Shown: positions 1 through 8,357 of the stretch, in pieces
How positions within the stretch are numbered: position 1 is the first letter of the stretch
Layout of the letters: each line of letters begins with the position of its first letter
Assembly: GCA_965226495.1 (NCBI GenBank)
Contig: OZ245365.1
Span: forward strand, 2,976,001-3,040,000
Length of the DNA: 64,000 bases
Direction of reading: 5' to 3'
From: Candidatus Marinacidobacterales bacterium
Lineage (GTDB): Bacteria > Acidobacteriota > Vicinamibacteria > Marinacidobacterales > DATDRI01
Position numbers and translations under genes: made by a program
The notes under the pieces: model-generated
Told to the model about the DNA's origin: nothing
What the model saw: only the letters and a program-made list of their open reading frames with translations
Database searches by the model: none

Positions 1-1144
1 CTGCTTCGCTCACGCGCCGAAACCCGGACCGCGGAACCTGCTCATCGCGTTCGGTGATCACTCGATAGCTCCCGAAAAAGCCGTTGAAGCCGAGGCGCGT
101 GAAACCAGCCAACGGATCCATATCGTATGAGACGGTGAGCCGGTGGGAATTCTCCTCGGGGTGCGACACACGAGCCTCGTTGGGATCTTCTCTAGGGCGA
201 CCGATGTCTCGGCCTAGATCGCTTTGCAACCCCACCGAAAAGAGACCGGCTCCAACCTCCTGGGTCACTCGTGCGAGGAATCCTCCATCGCGAGCCGAAG
301 AGTTCGGAACCGTTCCCTCGGGACTTCGGTAGTCGGCAAAATTGCGGTAGCGAGCTTGAAACAGCAAGCCGCCCTCGCCGAAACCCTTCGAGATCTCCGC
401 ACCCGTACTCCGCTCCGGAATTCCGGCCCCCAGACTCCCGCGCAGGCGAACTTGCAACGGCGCGCCCGATTGGGGACGTCGGGTGCGGGCGTCGATGACT
501 CCCCCGAACGCGTCCGACCCATACGCCACCGAACCAGGGCCGCGCGATACCTCGGTGCCCTCGAGAAAAAAGGGATCTAAATACGTGGCGCTGGGACCGG
601 CACGGCGCTCCGTCGACACGCGGGCCCCGTCGATGAGGATGAGCGTTCGACCGCGGGCGAGACCCCGGATAGCAGGAACCGCGGCGTGGAGGTCCGACAC
701 TTGCCCCACACCCGGGATGTTCTCCAACACTTCGGTCAACCGCACCGGATGGCGCTGAGCGATGTCCTCTTTCCGCACGACGCTCATACCGCTCGCTGGG
801 GGCGCCTCGATATGGGGGGCGGAGCCGCTGGTAACGAGCACCGTCTCCGCGACCAAAGCTGAGACCGTAACGATGACCGGCCCGGTTTCGGGGATCTCCT
901 CGACCACGACGGGAGCCATGTACTGCCCTCCCGGCATGACCACGAGAATCTCGAAGGGAAGCGGCGGGTCGGGGCTGCGAGAGAACCAACCTTCGTGATC
1001 GGTTCGGGTCGAACCCGGAAGCCCGAGCACGGAGACCGTTGCGTCCCCGACCGGTGTTCCGTCCTGCAGAACGACCTGCCCCTTGAAAGCGAAAACCGGC
1101 GGCGCACAAACAACGACCCCCGCGACCAACCACAACAACTTCAT
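1..1144 (-). CDS. TonB-dependent receptor, N-terminal part (runs off window start)
   Basis: Not in the ORF track because no stop lies in the window. Manual translation from ATG 1144 gives MKLLWLVAGVVVCAPPVFA (signal peptide), then a plug-domain signature: EVLENIPGV...PAIRG...LILIDGARV...EVSRGPGSVAYGSDAFGGVI. Confidence 0.88.
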   Translation of the reverse strand, partial: MKLLWLVAGVVVCAPPVFAFKGQVVLQDGTPVGDATVSVLGLPGSTRTDHEGWFSRSPDPPLPFEILVVMPGGQYMAPVVVEEIPETGPVIVTVSALVAETVLVTSGSAPHIEAPPASGMSVVRKEDIAQRHPVRLTEVLENIPGVGQVSDLHAAVPAIRGLARGRTLILIDGARVSTERRAGPSATYLDPFFLEGTEVSRGPGSVAYGSDAFGGVIDARTRRPQSGAPLQVRLRGSLGAGIPERSTGAEISKGFGEGGLLFQARYRNFADYRSPEGTVPNSSARDGGFLARVTQEVGAGLFSVGLQSDLGRDIGRPREDPNEARVSHPEENSHRLTVSYDMDPLAGFTRLGFNGFFGSYRVITERDEQVPRSGFRRVSEA

Positions 1145-1151
1145 TTCAGAC

Positions 1152-1157
1152 AGTATA
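1152..1157 (-). promoter_or_regulatory. Putative -10 box (TATACT) 7 nt before the TonB receptor ATG; possible leaderless mRNA
   Basis: Minus strand reads TATACT-gtctgaa-ATG with no Shine-Dalgarno in between. Confidence 0.4.
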
Positions 1158-1305
1158 GCTCGTCGTAGCACCTTGACATCACAGGCGATATGGCGTTTCA
1201 TTAGGTCTGGGTAGAAATTTCTCAAACACCGAGGATGGAATGAAGGGCTGCCGCGGGTCTGGCGCAGCCGGTCGACGAGGGCCAACCAGGCGAGAGGGGG
1301 TATCG

Positions 1306-1863
1306 ATGGCAAGTTACGTCTCCGTGAAGTCTTTCGTGGATCGGCTGGAGACCATGGCTGCCGCCGGTTTCGATACCAACGAAGTGCATGCGTACCTCAC
1401 CGACACGCTGATCGAACCTTCCTCGCTCGACACCTACGTGAGATTCAATTCGGCTCGGTACTGCCGCAACCTAGTCCACAAGAGTGAGAAGTTCGAGATT
1501 CTCGTCGTTTGCTGGAAAGTCAGCCAGGGGGCGCCCGTCCACGGACATGAGGGAGAGCGCTGTTGGGCGCGCGTGGAACGAGGTAGGCTCCGTTTCGTAA
1601 ACTATCGAGAGGTATCGGAGAAACCCTTGGTGGTGGAGCAGTTGGGAGAGCCAGTGGACGGGGGCCGGGGGCACCTGGACGGTCCCGCCGATATCCACAC
1701 CGTGGAGAACCCGGACGACTCAGGGGAGGACGCCGCCAGCCTCCACGTGTACTCCTTCCCTTTCGACGAATGCGACATCTACGATCTGACGCTAGGTGAG
1801 AAAAAGCGTGTTCGCATGGAGTACGACACAATGTTCGGCAAACCCACGAGCGCGGCTTCCTGA
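1306..1863 (+). CDS. Cysteine dioxygenase family protein (cupin)
   Basis: YCRNLV, FEILVVCW, HGHEGERC, IHTVEN and SLHVYS motifs match CDO type I. ATG 1306 follows a GAGAGGGGG RBS; the ORF track starts at 1240. Confidence 0.85.
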   Translation: MASYVSVKSFVDRLETMAAAGFDTNEVHAYLTDTLIEPSSLDTYVRFNSARYCRNLVHKSEKFEILVVCWKVSQGAPVHGHEGERCWARVERGRLRFVNYREVSEKPLVVEQLGEPVDGGRGHLDGPADIHTVENPDDSGEDAASLHVYSFPFDECDIYDLTLGEKKRVRMEYDTMFGKPTSAAS

Positions 1864-1876
1864 GAGGTTCGAGTAA

Positions 1877-4051
1877 TTGGTCGAGCTCAATCACCACGAA
1901 CACTACGTAAGGGCCAAGATCCTCTACTACGGTCCTGCTGCTGGCGGGAAGACCACCAGTCTTCAAGTGCTCCACCGCCGCGCGCATCGAAACCAGAAGA
2001 TGGAGCTGATCTCGGTCAACACCGCGCAGGATCGCACCATTCTCTTTGACCTCCTCCCGCTGCGGACAATCGCCTTTCGCAGCTACGAGCTTCGGTTCCA
2101 AGTGATCGCCGTTCCGGGACAGCGTCTCTACGCCGCAACGCGCAAAATGCTTCTCAAGGGAGCCGACACCATCGTCTTTGTCGCAAACTCTGCCGCCGAC
2201 CGCTTTCAGGAAAATCTACACAGCTTGAAGGAAATGACCGAGAACCTCCTGAGCCATGGCATCGATCCATCTGGCATGCCGGTTGTCTTTCAATACAACA
2301 AAAGGGATCTTCCGGATACGACGGAGATCAAAACCTTGGATCGTGCCCTCAACGCGCGTAGCTCGGAGAGTTTCCCTTCCATTGCTATCGAAGAAGAGGG
2401 GGTATTGGAAACGTTCGCCGCCGCACTTCGTCTCACGATGACCGAGCTCTCGACTCGATACAAGATTGGCGAGGACGTCCGCGGCCCGCGCGCCGCGCGC
2501 GAATGGGCCGAACGCGCCATGAAAGAGACCTTCGACGTGGCGAAGAAAGCCCCGCCGACTCCAAAAGAAGAGGCCCCGCCGAGCCCCGAACCTCCGCCCG
2601 CGACCGTGCTCCGCGTGCGAACGCCATCCGCGCCCCGGACGAAACTCGGGTCGCCCCCGGCGGCACCAGCATCCGCAGACTCACCGGCGCCGGCGCCCTC
2701 CGCGTCAGCCGAAGTGCAGGATCCCTTGGGAGCCCAGGCACTCGTCGAGAGCTATGCCGAGGCGACGGCCGGACTCACCGACCACTTGAGTCGACTGACA
2801 GAGGAGAAGGACGAGGCGAACCGAAGGCTCGAGGAGCTGTACGCCGTGTCTGACATAGGGCGCAGCCTGCTTCATGCCTCGCGCGACCGAGCCAAAGCGC
2901 TGTTGGAAGGCGTGGTGAAGAAGATGTCGAACATCTTCCGCACTTCGCAGGCTTCGCTCTCCCTGTTGCGACCGGACGGTGAGTTGGAGGTCATCGTTCA
3001 CCAAGGCATCGAAGATGATCCAGTTGTCTACGGAACGTCGTCCGAAGGTAACTCACTCGGACCGTCGCTGCTGGAAGCGGGAAAGCTTCGCCTCGAGCTG
3101 CGCGGAGCGGCCGGGCCTCTGGGGGAAGCGATCGAGCGAGTCGGCAAGCAATGCGCTGCGGTCTTGGTGCTTCCGCTCCAAACGCCTGCGCGCCCCATCG
3201 GGTTGCTGGTTTTCTATCTCCCCGAGGAAGCGTCCATCCCTAGCGAGTTCGAAATGGAGCACCTCGAACGCCTGGCACTCGCATTGACCTTGACGCTCGA
3301 AGTCGCCTCCGAGGCGGTTTCCACGGAGCGCCTGGAAGGAATGACCAAAGCGGCGCTCGCCGGACAGCTTGCGCAGCGCGTTTTCCGTTCCGCAGACGGC
3401 CCCATCGATCGAATCGTTTCCTCTCTTTATCGACTTCGTTCGCGCGCCGGCTCGCCGGCATGGCTCACCGACGGCCTGAGCCAGATGGAGGACACGATCT
3501 TCCAGCTCCAATTCGTGAACTCTCTTTATCGACTTCGTTTGAGTCGGGGCCGATGGAGACACGATCTTCCAGCATTCGGAGACGACGAGTTTCCTCCCGC
3601 CGACCGCGTTTCCTTGGAGGAGCTTCTCGGCGAAATCGAGGCGGACTTTCGGGTGCCGTTGGCAGAGGCTGGAGTCACCCTTCAAATCGAGAACAAGGCC
3701 AGTGGTGCTTTCCTGAGGGCAGAACCCGTCCTACTCCGTGCCCTCATCGGGGGCTTGATAGAAAACGCTCGCTGGAGCCTCGCCGGGATTACATCGGGAT
3801 GCGTGATACGCGTGATCGTGCAACCGACCGAACAAGGCATCCGGCTCGCCATTTTCCATAACGCCGGCGCGTTGGTTTCTCGAAGAGCTCCCGCCCAAGC
3901 CCTGTCGTGGCCGTTCGAACGGCGTCTCTCCGAGGTAAACCTGAAGCTCGTCGAGACCCTGGTCTCCTACTTTCAAGGCGAGTTGACGACGGAGAACCGG
4001 GAGAAGGTCGGTTCGATGACGACGCTGATCTTACAAACCGATCCGAGCTAG
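1877..4051 (+). CDS. MglA-like small GTPase fused to a Pro-rich linker, GAF domain and degenerate histidine-kinase-like C-terminus
   Basis: KILYYGPAAGGKTT (G1), DRTILFDLL, VPGQ and QYNKRD (G4) match MglA. GAF-like segment LVLPLQTPARPIGLL; HATPase N-box-like LIENA. Confidence 0.8.
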   Translation: MVELNHHEHYVRAKILYYGPAAGGKTTSLQVLHRRAHRNQKMELISVNTAQDRTILFDLLPLRTIAFRSYELRFQVIAVPGQRLYAATRKMLLKGADTIVFVANSAADRFQENLHSLKEMTENLLSHGIDPSGMPVVFQYNKRDLPDTTEIKTLDRALNARSSESFPSIAIEEEGVLETFAAALRLTMTELSTRYKIGEDVRGPRAAREWAERAMKETFDVAKKAPPTPKEEAPPSPEPPPATVLRVRTPSAPRTKLGSPPAAPASADSPAPAPSASAEVQDPLGAQALVESYAEATAGLTDHLSRLTEEKDEANRRLEELYAVSDIGRSLLHASRDRAKALLEGVVKKMSNIFRTSQASLSLLRPDGELEVIVHQGIEDDPVVYGTSSEGNSLGPSLLEAGKLRLELRGAAGPLGEAIERVGKQCAAVLVLPLQTPARPIGLLVFYLPEEASIPSEFEMEHLERLALALTLTLEVASEAVSTERLEGMTKAALAGQLAQRVFRSADGPIDRIVSSLYRLRSRAGSPAWLTDGLSQMEDTIFQLQFVNSLYRLRLSRGRWRHDLPAFGDDEFPPADRVSLEELLGEIEADFRVPLAEAGVTLQIENKASGAFLRAEPVLLRALIGGLIENARWSLAGITSGCVIRVIVQPTEQGIRLAIFHNAGALVSRRAPAQALSWPFERRLSEVNLKLVETLVSYFQGELTTENREKVGSMTTLILQTDPS

Positions 4052-4052
4052 G

Positions 4053-5222
4053 CTAGCCGTCCGTGGAGGAAGTCGCGCGCGCCACCGCGTTTCGGCCCCG
4101 ATTCCACCGCAATGCCTGTACCAAGTGATTCCATCCCCACGCTATGACCTGGTGCAACCGCCGGAGATAGAACCAGCGAGTGGCGCCGCCCGGAAACACT
4201 TCACGCATGACGTTGTGACGAGGAAAAGTGAACTCGTAGAGGTAGCCTAGCTTTCCAAGAAAAGACGGGATCGAAAAAGCCACCAAGAGCTCTCCGGTTG
4301 CCTCTGCGGCCCGCCTAGCTACGACCGCATCCACGAACTTGCATTCCATTCGGTTCAAGCGCGGTAGAGAAACCCACACTCCCGGAGGAATCTTCACCGC
4401 GAGAAGTCGCTCCATAGCAGAGACTGCATAGGCGACGGGGCGCTGCGTCCGGGTTTTTTCGGCTTGGAGCAAGAGCTCTTCCCAGTCGAGTCGCCGCGAT
4501 ACCAGCGCTAGATCAATCAACCAGATGAGTCGGGAGAACGAGTGCTTCTGCGCGTGTACCGCGAGATGCAAAAATTGATGAGCGGGTGACAGAGTCAGTA
4601 GGCTGTTGTCGCCTGGATCCAAGGCCACCGCCTTCGCCCAGACTGCCTCGGCATCGAACTGGAACGCTAACGCTCGCCTGCGGATCCGAGACGCGTTGAG
4701 GAGGTCGGTATGGAGGTCGAACATCACCGGCCCCTTCGTGAAAAGCGTCCCCGATGAGCCCGGGGAACGGAAGCCCCGCTCAAAGAGCATATCCCGCACT
4801 CGGGGAAGGTCTGTCTCGTCCACCAGGAGATCCAGGTCGCTCAAAGGGCGTAACCCCAATTGGCCTCCGTAGGCGGTCGTGGTCAGCGCGCCACCTTTGA
4901 GAAGAACGACCCGAAGCCCCTCCCTCTGGAGAGCGGTACGAAGGGTAAGCAATTCTGCGAAAAGGCTTCCGTTGGAGACAAAAATGCCGTGGAGTGCCTT
5001 CGAGAAGGGCTCCAAGGGAAGCTTCAAATGGTGGGTTCTTGAGAGCTGCTCGAGCTGAAGCGCCAGCACGCCGCCCATACCTTCTTGCCCCGCCAACTCG
5101 AGCAGACCCGCCCAGTCCAAGGAGGGACCGATACATTCGAGGGCCTCGTCCTTCTCGGCATTGCCGAGGAAGAGTCGCCCCGCGGCGAGGAGCACGTCTC
5201 GTTCTGGGCTTCTAGCAACCAC
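4053..5222 (-). CDS. Nucleotidyltransferase family protein (NTP_transf_5-like)
   Basis: LLKGGAL...RPLSDLDLLV...DLHTDL...HLAVHAQKH...WLIDL. GTG 5222 overlaps the stop of the upstream gene; the ORF track extends to 5324. Confidence 0.85.
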   Translation of the reverse strand: MVARSPERDVLLAAGRLFLGNAEKDEALECIGPSLDWAGLLELAGQEGMGGVLALQLEQLSRTHHLKLPLEPFSKALHGIFVSNGSLFAELLTLRTALQREGLRVVLLKGGALTTTAYGGQLGLRPLSDLDLLVDETDLPRVRDMLFERGFRSPGSSGTLFTKGPVMFDLHTDLLNASRIRRRALAFQFDAEAVWAKAVALDPGDNSLLTLSPAHQFLHLAVHAQKHSFSRLIWLIDLALVSRRLDWEELLLQAEKTRTQRPVAYAVSAMERLLAVKIPPGVWVSLPRLNRMECKFVDAVVARRAAEATGELLVAFSIPSFLGKLGYLYEFTFPRHNVMREVFPGGATRWFYLRRLHQVIAWGWNHLVQALRWNRGRNAVARATSSTDG

Positions 5223-5751
5223 AATTATTCTGGGCCGAGGCCGTCCCCACGCACACCCCATTGCAGCACAGCTTGGAGCCGCATTGGCTTCCGGGATTAC
5301 CGTTGTGGCAAGGGGCACAGTCACCCGCGGCGTTGCAGTCTCCCGTAGGCACGCAGCTCATCCCGTGCGCCGGAGTCGGTGCAACGATGGAGCTCACGAC
5401 CGGCAGCATCACGGAGGCGGCGAGGCCGACTTTCTTCAACCGACGAATGAAGTCGCGCCGGGAGTACCCCTCGATGGGCGCTTTCCCTTCCAGCAAACCG
5501 ACGCGCGCGAGGCGGCCCAAGGCATAGTTCACGACCTCTCGGTCGGCAGGTTCGTCGAGCTTATCGGCGAGGATGCGCGCCAACTGAGAGATAGTCGCCT
5601 TCCCATTACTGTGGCGCCATACGATCGCGGCGGCACGGTTGAGGCGATGAGCTCGATGATTCCTCAAGTCATAGACCAGAACTTCGTCGAGGAGGTTTTG
5701 CACCGCCAAATCCTTTTTCCTCCGACGAGGTTTATCGTGTTCCCTGCTCAT
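5212..5751 (-). CDS. PqqD/RRE domain fused to a twin-arginine-like leader and Cys-rich C-terminal peptide (putative RiPP precursor)
   Basis: DEVLVYD...AHRLNRAAAIVW...LARVGLL is PqqD-like. It is followed by SRRDFI, LPVVSSIVAPTPAHG, and a 49-aa tail with 10 Cys. Confidence 0.8.
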   Translation of the reverse strand: MSREHDKPRRRKKDLAVQNLLDEVLVYDLRNHRAHRLNRAAAIVWRHSNGKATISQLARILADKLDEPADREVVNYALGRLARVGLLEGKAPIEGYSRRDFIRRLKKVGLAASVMLPVVSSIVAPTPAHGMSCVPTGDCNAAGDCAPCHNGNPGSQCGSKLCCNGVCVGTASAQNNCGC

Positions 5752-5776
5752 GCTCGCTCCTTGCTGGACTAGTGCC

Positions 5777-6613
5777 CTACGCAGCGTTATCGAGCTCGGC
5801 CAGCATTTTCTCTAGCACTTCATCCACTTCACCCCGAGCTCCGATCAAGACCGGCGCGCGACCCACCGCGCGTTTCAACGTCTCCAGCGCGCGTTGGGGT
5901 TCTAAGCGGGCCGAGGCCGTGTTGGCCAACAACGCGAGAGCCGCTTGACCGGGAGAAAGCGTATGCGGACTCCAATTTGCCCCCGGCTTGTACTCGCTCA
6001 GAATGACTAACCCGACCGGTAGCGGTGGCCCCCCTGGGGTCACGCCCAGTTCCTCGACTAGCTCAGAGATGGAACGCCTCTCTCCTTCGAGTGTCTCGGG
6101 AGGGTGGGGAAAAGCATGGACACGGCCGCGTGAATCGAAGACCGCGTACTCGTCGGAGTAATACGTTCCCCCCGCCCTTACCAATCCGGCGACCAAAGTG
6201 CTCTTGCCGCTAAAGGTCTTGCCCGGCAAAACGATAGCCCGGCCGCGCCATCCGACCACCCCCGCGTGGATGAACACTCGCGTCTCGGAGGTTTCCGCGA
6301 CGAAGAGCCGCATGTCCGAGACGAGAACCTGAAGTAAATCGTCGAGGTCCATCGTTCTCGAGATTCGTTGCGTATTGGCATAGAGAAGGTTGTACCAGCG
6401 GATCCGACTGCTGGAGCCGGTTGGTTGGTTCGGTCCAACCCGGAGCGAATACAATCGATCCACGACGCGGGACTTCGCCGGTTTCCAACCGGGGGGGAAC
6501 AACGACTCGAGACGATCAAGTACTTCCACTTGGTTGACGCGAACTCCTACGCGAGTGCCGTAGGCTCGAAACGCAATCCCCGCTTCCCAACCGAGCCGAT
6601 CGAGCTCTTTCAT
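5777..6613 (-). CDS. HPr kinase-related P-loop kinase
   Basis: FIHAGVV...GKTFSGKSTL (Walker A)...YYSDE. Likely start is ATG 6613 (MKELDRLGW); the ORF track starts at 6739. Confidence 0.8.
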   Translation of the reverse strand: MKELDRLGWEAGIAFRAYGTRVGVRVNQVEVLDRLESLFPPGWKPAKSRVVDRLYSLRVGPNQPTGSSSRIRWYNLLYANTQRISRTMDLDDLLQVLVSDMRLFVAETSETRVFIHAGVVGWRGRAIVLPGKTFSGKSTLVAGLVRAGGTYYSDEYAVFDSRGRVHAFPHPPETLEGERRSISELVEELGVTPGGPPLPVGLVILSEYKPGANWSPHTLSPGQAALALLANTASARLEPQRALETLKRAVGRAPVLIGARGEVDEVLEKMLAELDNAA

Positions 6614-6903
6614 CGACGTCGAGCCTCCGTCGAGCCGTGGCAGGATCGAACGTGACAAGCGATTCTCCCTCTCTCTGCGAGTCAGACCTCGGTGTTTGGA
6701 AGACAGACGCCTCCGCCGAGATCCGACTAAAAAAGCCATCGCGATAACTACGGGTGTTTATCTGTTATTGTATCAATAGGTTACCAAAAGTACTCGATTG
6801 AGGCAAGCCACTGCCCAACCCACCTGATCTCGTTTGCGCTCGCGACCGCCGGTATATAGCCTGGGCCGCACAACAGCGGGCGTTTTAGGCGCGTTAGGGG
6901 CAG

Positions 6904-7671
6904 ATGGGGATTCTCGAGGGAAAACGGGCGCTCATCACCGGTGGAGCTTCCGGCATCGGGAAGGCCAGCGCGCTTCTCTTCGCCAAGGAGGGCGCCGCGG
7001 TCTCGGTTGCCGACCGCGATACCGTCGGAGGCGAGGAGACGGTGCGGGAGATAGAGGAACGAGAGGGCCAGGCTCTCTTCGTCGCCACCGATGTAACCCG
7101 CGCGGAAGACTGCAAGATCGCAGTCCAGCGAACCGTGACCAGGTTCGGAGGCCTGGACCTGCTCTTCAACAACGCCGGGATAATTATTCGCCGCTCGGTC
7201 GAGGAGCTCGACGAGGCCGACTGGGATCGAGTCATGGCCGTCAACGCGAAATCCGTCTTCCTGATGTCCAAATTCGCCATTCCGGCAATGCGATCCTCCG
7301 GAGGCGGCACCATTATTAATACCTCCTCCGGGTGGGGGCTGGTGGGAGGTGCCAAGGCGGCGGCCTATTGTGCAAGCAAAGGAGCCGTCGTTGTTTTGAC
7401 GAAGGCAATGGCCGTCGATTGTGGTCCGGACGGTATCAGGGTCAACTGCCTTTGCCCCGGCGATACCGATACCCCTTTGCTTCGAGACGAAGCGCGCCAA
7501 CTCGCAGCACCTGAGTCCAGCTTCCTGGCCGATGCCGCGCGACGGCCGCTCGGGCGTGTCGGTTCCCCGGAAGATATCGCACGCGCGGCACTGTTCCTGG
7601 CCAGCGATGCCTCGAGCTACATCACAGGAACCACCCTAGTCGTCGATGGCGGAGGTCTGGCCGCCGGTTAG
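6904..7671 (+). CDS. Short-chain dehydrogenase/reductase (SDR)
   Basis: TGGASGIG, NNAG, YCASK. Confidence 0.93.
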   Translation: MGILEGKRALITGGASGIGKASALLFAKEGAAVSVADRDTVGGEETVREIEEREGQALFVATDVTRAEDCKIAVQRTVTRFGGLDLLFNNAGIIIRRSVEELDEADWDRVMAVNAKSVFLMSKFAIPAMRSSGGGTIINTSSGWGLVGGAKAAAYCASKGAVVVLTKAMAVDCGPDGIRVNCLCPGDTDTPLLRDEARQLAAPESSFLADAARRPLGRVGSPEDIARAALFLASDASSYITGTTLVVDGGGLAAG

Positions 7672-7675
7672 ATGA

Positions 7676-7707
7676 ACCACCCTCACCCCGGCCCTCTCCC
7701 TGAGGGA
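7676..7707 (-). repeat. Truncated REP-like palindromic element, same family as 35473-35570
   Basis: ACCACCCTCACCCCGGCCCTCTCCCTGAGGGA is the exact reverse complement of 35477-35508. Confidence 0.85.
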
Positions 7708-8333
7708 TCGGTGTCCCGCTGACCACCAAGTTCGAGATCAAGGTCACCGAAGAGCCTTTCTACGTTGCCGATGCCCTCATCACTTTGTTCAATCACGCAG
7801 GACCGCATCACGATCCTCCCAGTCACCTTATAAAAGGAGGAAAGTCGACCGATCAAATCCCACTCGAGCGATTCTACGGCCCGGCGAAGTTTTTCGATTT
7901 CCGCTCCAAGACGAACGACGAGCCTCTTCTTCCCTCGGACTTCGAGAACAGGGGCGTCGAGCCCGGCGACATCGTAATCGTGTTGGTCGACTAAGAGGCC
8001 CCCACCGTCGCCGGCGACCTTCCTTCCTATGCGTACTTGTCGGGAGAGGCGGCCGAGTACCTGGCCGGCATTCCCATCAAAGCCTTCGCCTCGAACATAC
8101 CGAGCCTCGGGAGCGTGAAGCGATACTTCCAGTTGATCGAAGAGGGACTCACCGGCTCGGAGAACATCTTTCCAGAGCATTACGCTTTCTTGTCCCGGGA
8201 CATCCCGAATATCGAAGGCCTGGCCAATTTGGAGAGCCTAATCGGCGAGGAAGAAATTGTCTTCGTCGGCTTTCCGTTGAAGATCAAAAACGGCAACGGC
8301 GCGCCCCTGCGCGCAGCTGCCCTCGTTTATTGA
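7707..8333 (+). pseudogene. Cyclase family (kynurenine formamidase-like) pseudogene, 5'-truncated with an internal stop
   Basis: HAGPHHDPPSH motif and C-terminal IEGLANL...FPLKIKNGNGAPLRAAA. ORFs 7785-7994 and 8037-8333 are in the same frame, separated by TAA 7992-7994. The frame is closed upstream by TGA 7701 inside the REP. Confidence 0.85.
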
Positions 8334-8357
8334 CGCTCGGCAACGAATTGAAGGAAT

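Noticed and set aside
192-1133. 313-aa minus-strand ORF in the track
   Set aside because: Arg/Gly-rich off-frame shadow of the TonB-dependent receptor, which lies in another frame of the same strand.
1173-1201. Sigma70 promoter for the cysteine dioxygenase gene (TTGACA-17-TTTCAT)
   Set aside because: The -10 match is too weak to call without transcription start data.
4053-6613. Lasso peptide or PQQ biosynthesis cluster
   Set aside because: No asparagine-synthetase-like cyclase, B2 protease, PqqA/B/E or radical SAM gene nearby, and the core does not look like a lasso precursor.
7992-7994. Stop-codon recoding in the cyclase gene
   Set aside because: The stop is TAA, which is not a Sec or Pyl codon, and the gene is also 5'-truncated.
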